Assembly: GCA_039028615.1 (NCBI GenBank)
Contig: JBCCHT010000050.1
Coordinates: forward strand, 29,183-93,182
Direction of reading: 5' to 3'
Source of the DNA: Myxococcota bacterium
GTDB taxonomy: Bacteria > Myxococcota_A > Polyangia > Nannocystales > Nannocystaceae
DNA: 64,000 nucleotides
Part shown: positions 63,509-64,000 of the stretch, one piece after another
Layout of the letters: each line of letters opens with the position of its first letter
How positions within the stretch are numbered: the first letter of the stretch is position 1
Made by a program: the position numbers and the translations under genes
The notes under the pieces: generated by a model
What the model was told of the DNA's origin: nothing
Seen by the model: only the letters and a program-made list of their open reading frames with translations
The model's database searches: none

Positions 63509-64000
63509 AAGCTTCCCACCACCCAAGCAGAGCGCCACAATCGTTCGCCAGAGAGACTGCGCCGCGGGGAGGGCTGAAGCGAAGCCGCGTAGGATGGAGG
63601 GGGCCCGGTCGCGCGGAGGCGGCCGCCGACACCCGCCGCGAAACACCCAGCTGCAACGGCCGCCGAGCACGTCCGGGGAGGGTTCCAGCCGTCAACAGGC
63701 GAGCCCTTCAGTCGAACATTCGCCGAACCATCGCCAAGCACTCCACCACCAATGCACAAGCACCCAGGCCCACATCACTCATCGCCAAAGGCTTCAAACC
63801 CGGCCAAAACACCCAGCGCCGGAGCAACGCACCATCAAAAAGCGTCGAAGCAAGCTTCCCACCACCTAAGCAGAGCGCCACAACCGTTCGCCCGAGAGAC
63901 TGCGCCACGGGGAGGGCTGAAGCGAAGCCGCGTAGGATGGAGGGGGCCCGGTCGCGCGGAAGCGGCCGCCGACACCCACCGCGAAACACCCCGCTGCAAC
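63509..64000 (-). repeat. Right array of the ~342-bp repeat, inverted relative to the left array, truncated by the window end
   Basis: Cores at 63526-63710 and 63869->64000 (period 343); linker 63711-63868 is a diverged reverse complement of 62219-62374. Confidence 0.92.

Noticed and set aside
63198..63869. Intact 223-aa transposase
   Set aside because: Only the first ~87 aa are IS256-like; the rest is translated repeat and there is no catalytic domain.
61871..64000. ORFs inside the repeat region (MEGARSRGGGRRH..., MTAGTLPGRARR...)
   Set aside because: Translations of the DNA repeat in several frames, with inconsistent starts and stops between copies and atypical codon usage.

Overview
Very GC-rich, gene-dense bacterial DNA whose content (MYXO-CTERM protein, Cys-rich and vWA-like lipoprotein paralogs, several Ser/Thr kinases, hemL-atpZ-atpI-atpB-atpE block) points to a myxobacterium, most plausibly Nannocystaceae-like (inference). 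In order, it contains: a 5'-truncated kinase/AAA/GAF/histidine-kinase fusion; a CPBP protease and HTH regulator pair; an ABC-2 type operon; a DASS transporter; lipoproteins; a DegT aminotransferase; two fatty-acid-modifying membrane enzymes; a 13-kb nitrate-assimilation island; SRPBCC genes; a hybrid kinase; an ECF sigma/FecR pair; OmpA; hutU-hutI; two Ser/Thr kinases; hemL; the Fo genes atpZ/I/B/E; and a complex repeat region with an IS256 remnant. The most notable observations are as follows. (1) A hidden selenoprotein: the ORF track splits one gene at an in-frame TGA (20087-20089) that lies in a thioredoxin-fold U-x-x-C motif (FATF-U-PVC) and is followed by a textbook-positioned bacterial SECIS-like hairpin. 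Read through, it gives a 618-aa lipoprotein with LVIVD propeller, Ig-like and TlpA/redoxin domains. (2) A cytoplasmic NasA-type nitrate reductase coupled to a DmsB-DmsC-like membrane anchor, a NirB-NirD fusion and a NifA-like activator. A palindromic candidate operator recurs before three sigma-54-type promoters, and a divergent cNMP-binding ferredoxin plus a putative di-heme membrane protein sit next to it. (3) A FecR-type anti-sigma gene with a possible internal Shine-Dalgarno/ATG. (4) Two inverted arrays of a ~342-bp structured repeat bracketing a 12-unit ~45-bp mini-hairpin array and a truncated IS256 transposase. All calls come from reading motifs by eye; no database searches were run.
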